NCBI RefSeq assembly: GCF_006345805.1
Contig: NW_021836772.1
Location: 1 to 28,358, forward strand
Direction of reading: 5' to 3'
From: Octopus sinensis
Taxonomy: Eukaryota
DNA length: 28,358 nucleotides
Shown here: positions 23,296-28,358 of the stretch, piece by piece
How positions within the stretch are numbered: the stretch's first letter is position 1
Layout of the letters: every line of letters begins with the position of its first letter
The notes under the pieces: generated by a model
The model's input: the letters and a program-made list of their open reading frames with translations, nothing else
The model's database searches: none
What the model was told of the DNA's origin: nothing
Made by a program: the position numbers and the translations under genes

Positions 23296-23399
23296 ACTCT
23301 GATGAAGCTCCATGTACGAGATCGGATGTGCTATAAAGATAACGAATATTATTCTCATAATTTTCTTTGGCGACACCGGCAGCAGAAACAGCTGTAAGT
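23296..23399 (+). ncRNA. Type I hammerhead-like motif with 79-nt stem II region
   Basis: ACT CTGATGA aGCT ...AGCa GAAAC AGCT GTA AGT: canonical core, palindromic ACAGCTGT, GUA site, 3-bp stem I (ACT/AGT). Confidence 0.6.
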
Positions 23400-23512
23400 A
23401 ATGTTCAAGTTTTGTATTAGAAAATATTTAACCAATGGTAATCAATTTTTTTGTTGATCAAAAGTTTTCTCCATTTTCTGCTTATTTTAAATTATATATA
23501 TATATATAATAT

Positions 23513-23559
<47 letters not shown>

Positions 23560-23747
23560 TTAAATAATGAGGGAGATAAATTAATATTAATTTAATTAAC
23601 ATCAATCTAAAACCAGTAGCCTAGCATACAAAAATCTGAAAAATCAGAGAAAATTCTAATACATGTGTATATTCAAAGGCAAGACCACTAGGTAGTCGGC
23701 CGTATGCTAGAAATAGATCACCAACGATCAAACTACATATACACATG

Positions 23748-23791
<44 letters not shown>

Positions 23792-23811
23792 TATATATAT
23801 ATCAATATATA

Positions 23812-24031
23812 CGAGGTGGGTGTGCTGAAAAGTGTCTGAATTTGGGTAAAAGAAAATACGAGAGGATAAGTTAATTGTGATTTTATTCACCATATCCCCC
23901 TCTCAGATTCACACACTTCTTGCAGCAGTCCTTCAGTTTTTTTAAGCCTTGTAAAAGAACTCGGAAAGTTGGGCCTCCAGCCAGGCCTTTCGCAACACCC
24001 TTAAAACCAGGAACTTTTCAGCACCCCATCA
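23812..24031. mobile_element. Mariner-type MITE with both TIRs and TA flanks
   Basis: TA+CGAGGTGGGTGTGCTGAAAAGTGTCTG ... CCAGGAACTTTTCAGCACCCCATCA+TA. A second partial copy lies at 17409-17577. Confidence 0.85.
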
Positions 24032-24412
24032 TATACATATCTGCTTATATAGGGAGATTTAAAATTTCAGTTGTGCGATATATAACCAGTGTTTAGAACC
24101 CCATGTCTACTGATTTGTATTGTTGTACTTGTTTTATTTGGTAGGAATCCGAAGTTTGGGTGTGTCACAAAGTACATCTGGGAACCAAAACAAAAACACG
24201 AGAGATTATAAAATATTTAATTACACAATCTTGCATACGCAGCGTTTTGATAATATAATTTAAACCATATAATCAATAATCAATGATCTTTGCTAATAAA
24301 ACACATACAAGATAGTGTAATTAAATATTTTATAAACAACTCTTGTTTGTAATAAATAAATTATAATAACAAATGAAAGACAGAAGATGGAATATACGAG
24401 AATATATTATTA

Positions 24413-24516
24413 ATCACAACAATTGTTTCGATACATCTAGCATCGACTCCTCTTGTGGGACACAGAAAAACTGGTTCAGGAGTATCCGGTGGTGCAGACG
24501 TATCTCGTCGGGTGAT
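24413..24516 (-). ncRNA. Type I hammerhead motif with extended stem II and U4C core variant
   Basis: ATCAC CCGACGA GATAC ...65 nt... GTATC GAAAC AATT GTT GTGAT: perfect 5-bp stems I and II, palindromic ACAATTGT, GUU site, and an internal ACTCCT/AGGAGT helix. Confidence 0.75.
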
Positions 24517-25478
24517 AAATAAATAAGAAATATCGTTAAAATGACTGTTCCATAATGTAACTTTCCAATTTGTAGAGAGAAAAACAGCCAGACGTGGGAA
24601 AATTCTTCATATATATAGAAGACCAAAAATAAAATTGCAGAAGACAAAGAGAAACGACCACTTAATCCACCGAGAAAAAGTATTGAAAATAACCGTTAAC
24701 CGATAAATTATAATAGATATATATGCAAGATTCTTGATGTGGACAGGTGTGTTGGAGCAAATTTTGTTGTGTTTTGGGAGGGTCACTGTGCCAATAATGA
24801 TAACACACGCACTGGTTTTATTTCACTTATTCGTTATTAGTGAATCAGTTAGTTATTTAACCCACGAACAAATCGATCACTTGCTTAATCAGTCGGTTAA
24901 ACAATCAATCGTTTAGTCAAATATCTTTCGTTGCCATTTACGATCTCATTTAGAACATGCCCTCTCCTCTAGGCCTGCATCAAGTCTGTTTTCTTGTTAA
25001 TATCTATGTTTATATAGTTGGTCGTTGTATAATCATGAGCCTGAAGAAAGGGAGAGAGAGAGAAAGGAGGAGTATGCGCGTGTCTGCATCTATGTGAGTG
25101 TGTGTGCGTGTATGTGCGTGTGAATGGCCTACCTGAGCATGTGCGTTCTTCTCATCAGTGAATGTATTTATCGTTGGCATAAGATACTGCAATATACGAT
25201 TAAGTCAAAAAGGATACATTCTCTGAGGAATTTTGGTTTGCGACTGTTGGTGCTGCCACCTACACTTACTTTCGGAGTAAGAAACGGAGAGAAAAAGAGT
25301 TTGCTAAGAAACAGAAGGGACGGAAAATTTCCCTCAATGGGAGAGAACCACTCAGGGCTTATAAATCTTTTTTTTTTTAATTTCATTAGTAATATGTGAA
25401 GTCATTTTCTTATGACTGAGATAGCATAAGAGATAATATTTCCATATACATTTATTTTTACTCAATTTTAGTGTCCTA

Positions 25479-25699
25479 TACGCAGCACGCTTGTTTCTGT
25501 AATTTATTAAAACAAAAACAGGGTTTGAACAATTACAGCGTCTTTCGACGTTGCCTCTTTGCTTTTCGAAACGCTTCTTCCAGTGGTCCACAAGCTTGCT
25601 TATTGCTTCGGAGAAGAATGTTTTCAGATGGTTGCGCAGACAGTTATGCATCACTCCCTGCGCTTCTAAGTCTGAAGCAAACTGACAACCTCGAAGCTT
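25479..25699 (-). mobile_element. Mariner (DD34D) transposase C-terminal remnant and degraded right end
   Basis: KLRGCQFASDLEAQGVMHNCLRNHLKTFFSEAISKLVDHWKKRFEKQRGNVE (25541-25699) matches the mariner end LRG.RF.S.EE....V..WL..QPK.FF..GI.KLV.RW.KCIE..GDYVE. The element ends CG+TA at about 25479. Confidence 0.88.
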
Positions 25700-25769
25700 T
25701 ATAAGCATATTTATAAACATCAGCAACATCAATTCCTTTGCTGTTTTTTAGAGCAACTACTTAATCCTT

Positions 25770-25893
25770 GCAATAATACGGGCTTAAAAATGTTGGCACA
25801 AGGCCAGCAATTTCTGTGGTGGGATGAATAAGTCGATCACATCGACTCCGATACTCAACTGGTACTTACTTTATCGACCCCGAAAGGATGAAA
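25770..25893 (-). mobile_element. SINE family D 3' fragment
   Basis: GGCACAAGGCC...AAGTCGATCACATCGAC...AACTGGTACTTACTTTATCGACCCCGAAAGGATGAAA. Confidence 0.85.
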
Positions 25894-26004
25894 AGGACAA
25901 TGGAACGTAAAAACGGGTGATAACAATTCTGTCAGCTCTCTACCTTAGAATTTTGCAATAATATTGCCATGAAGGCTTTAGATAGGTTGTAAGTGCTGAA
26001 AGGT

Positions 26005-26150
26005 CGAATGGTTATTGTGTTCGCTTCATAACCACAATATCTCAGTTTCGATTCTATTGCTTGGCATTTGGGAAAATGTTATCTTTTATAATTTCGGGTC
26101 AACCCATACTTTGTCAGTGAATTTGGGTGAACGGAAACTATAGAGAAGAC
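26005..26150 (+). mobile_element. SINE family A-like, old degraded 5' part
   Basis: TTCGCTTCATAACCACA...GTTTCGATTC...GGCATTTGGGAAAATG..T...TGAATTTGGGTGAACGGAAACT..AGAGAAGACCC is collinear with the family A head. Confidence 0.6.
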
Positions 26151-26199
26151 CCCTTAGATTGATTACGCCTGTGATTAAAACATTATTGTCTTGTTACAG

Positions 26200-26391
26200 A
26201 TTGTATCAAATAGATTCTGCCTCAGAGTCGCACTAAAAGTACAAGTGTCTGTGGAAATGACCAGAAGCATATGCATTAACCGAAGACCAAGTAACTGGAT
26301 CGAAAAACTGGATTACTCAATGTTAAATGACGAAGACCTACCCCTATCACATCCACCAGCGTCTCCACCAACGCCACAGCCGCCATTATCC
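26200..26391 (+). CDS. Candidate internal exon (64 codons, phase 0-0), product unknown
   Basis: TTGTCTTGTTACAG acceptor, single open frame IVSNRFCL...NWIEKLDYSMLNDEDLPLSHPPASPPTPQPPLS, and GTAAGC donor. No family was recognised, and the donor coincides with the LINE edge. Confidence 0.25.
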
Positions 26392-27360
26392 GTAAGCAAG
26401 TTCTGGAGCTGTAGTTTTAGTGTTTATTGTTTAGTTAGCCTTGGGAATTAATTTTTATCATTATTCTGCAAACCATCCAGGTATTACTTAAGGCTTTTTC
26501 AGTAGATTATTGAATGCGTTTAGCAATCATTTCGTGTTCACCTGTTTGAAAGTTTGAAAGATTTCAAAGTACTTTCCAATTGTTCGCGTTGCACCGCAGC
26601 CATTGCTTGGATTATTCTTTCTCTCCAGAATTGTTCAACTGCTACACTTACAGCTTGGAACATTTTCGCTAGTGTTTACCCTTCCATTATCCAGAACTCT
26701 TCCTCCATATCCTATGCTTCTTTTATGCCGTTGACCTTTTCATTGAGTTTTGTTTTTGTTTTCGATAAAAAGTTCTTGATAAAAATCGTTTTAGGTTTGA
26801 GTCGAATTATTTGTTTTGTTCAAAGAAGCATTGTTGCTTCTCAGATCGATTGATTCTTGGCGAATTAGCAAAGATATCGTGTTTTAGACATTCTTTGATT
26901 TTGGGTAATTCCTCTGATGTTATTTTCCCCTCCTTTATTGTTACATTTCATTGATGATTTCGTTAAAGATTGAGATATCTTTTATTACATTTTCTCTCTC
27001 TATTGTATGTTTATTTTCTACGTCGTTTGTTTGGGATGAGATCTTCCAATATCACAAATGTTGAGGGGTACCGATTTTGGTTTGCGACGAATATGATGCC
27101 TGCATATATTAACCAATATATCCTTTCACCGATTTAACGATATTTCTTATTTATTTATCACCCGACGAGATACGTCTGCACCACCGGATACACCTGAACC
27201 AGTTTTTGATGCTTTCCTGTTTTGCCAGTGTCTACAACTCGACAGAAGACCTTCCATTTTTTTATATCTAAATTAGTCTTGTTACATTTTATCTCTGAGA
27301 CAGAGACTTCTGTTTGGTCGATTGAAAGATCTTTCACCGATTTAATTCCTTATTTTCTCC
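26392..27360 (-). mobile_element. R4/Dong-clade (RLE) non-LTR retrotransposon remnant, heavily degraded and interrupted
   Basis: Minus-strand pieces in the expected order: ELNR|LIYAGII, KIKECLKHDIFANSPRINRSEKQQCFFEQNK*FDSNLKRF(Y)QEL, VEQFWRE, NNWK, AFNNLLKKP*VIPGWFAE..KLIPK...(N)YS..TCL. Confidence 0.78.
27133..27207 (+). repeat. 75-bp inverted copy of 24466-24540 (5' half of the long-stem-II hammerhead unit)
   Basis: 74/75 identical to the reverse complement of 24466-24540; contains ATCAC CCGACGA GATAC at 27157-27173. Confidence 0.95.
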
Positions 27361-27570
27361 TTTTTAATTACTGCCGTATACAACGGTTCCGGTTTTAGAA
27401 CCTTTCACTTTTAGAGAAAGTACTTTGATATTCCCTCCCATAGAATTACGTAGGCATGATGGGGGCTTGAGGTTGTTTTATTATTTCTTTCGTTTTCACT
27501 GTTCGAAGCCTATCTTCGCGATCCATGTTCTTCATGTTGATATGTTAGATCGATATTATTTTCGCCGTTT

Positions 27571-28170
27571 GAAGGTGGCGAGCTGGCAGAAACGTTAGCA
27601 CACCGGGCGAAATGCGTAGCCGTATTTCCTCTGCCGTTACGTTCCGCGTTCAAATTCCGCCGAGGTTGACTTTGCCTTTCATCCTTTCGGGATCGATAAA
27701 TTCAGTACCAGTTACGCACTGGAGTCGATGTAATCGACTTAATATCTTTGTATTTGTGTGTTCCCTCTACGTTTAACCCCTTGTGGGCAATAAAGAAATA
27801 AGAAACATAAGCATGCCGGGTGAAATGCTTAGCGGTATTTCGTCTGTCGCTACGTTCTGAGTTCAAATTCCGCCGAGGTCGACTTTGCCTTTCATCCTTT
27901 CGGGGTCGATTAAATAAGTACAAGTTACGCCCTGGGGTCGATATAATCGACTTAATCTGTTTGTCTGTCCTTGTTTGTTCTCTCTGTGTTTAGCCCCTTG
28001 TGGGTAGTAAGGAAATAGGTATTTCGTCTTTCACCCGTCTTTACGTTCTGAGTTCAAATTCCGCCGAAGTTGACTTTGCCTTTCATCCTTTCGGGGATCG
28101 AGGAAATAAGTACCAGTTACGCACCGGCTCGATGTAATCGACTAGTTCCCTTCCCACCAAGTGTAGAAAT
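27571..28170 (+). mobile_element. SINE family D: head plus three tandem body units
   Basis: Head GAAGGTGGCGAGCTGGCAGAAACGTTAGC, then GTTCAAATTCCGCCGA..GACTTTGCCTTTCATCCTTTCGGG three times. Confidence 0.9.
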
Positions 28171-28358
28171 AATCCTTTTCGTCGTTTGCATTTTGCTCTC
28201 CGTTACTATTGAGGTTATGTATTTCTTTTTATTCAAACTGTTCTAGTTCTCTATCAAATAGGGTCCTTTATTTTGTTTTGAATTAGTCTGTTGGGACCCA
28301 GTTTTTTTTATTTTAGATCAGTATCATTTTCTTTCCAGCTATATACATATGCCGTAGT

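Noticed and set aside
25230-27088. 15-bp match ATTTTGGTTTGCGAC at 25230 and 27074
   Set aside because: A single 15-mer match is within chance expectation for 28 kb of AT-rich DNA and does not extend.
24466-27207. 75-bp inverted repeats as TIRs of a 2.7-kb DNA transposon
   Set aside because: There is no TSD, the left copy is the inner half of a continuous hammerhead fold, and the interior is a mix of unrelated repeats.

Overview
This is AT-rich, microsatellite-saturated eukaryotic DNA. Its SINE families and repeat landscape match an octopod cephalopod (Octopus-like); that assignment is inferred, not database-checked. No host protein-coding gene can be called with confidence, and nearly all long ORFs in the track are translations of (TA)n, (CA)n, (AAT)n or (TACA)n repeats. 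Recognisable mobile DNA includes an RTE LINE 3' end with a 5' inversion, at least four tRNA-derived SINE families, a Helitron/Helentron-like element, mariner MITEs and a transposase remnant, a Penelope-type GIY-YIG remnant and an R4/Dong LINE remnant. The main discovery-type signal is nine type I hammerhead-ribozyme (HHR)-like motifs or fragments (CUGANGA...GAAAC-palindrome-GUH), the architecture known from Penelope-like elements. Two sit back-to-back in a 621-bp near-perfect palindrome at 21510-22130. Three have an unusual 75-79 nt stem II extension; the best is 24413-24516 on the minus strand, with perfect stems and a CCGACGA (U4C) core. Ribozyme activity is predicted from sequence only.
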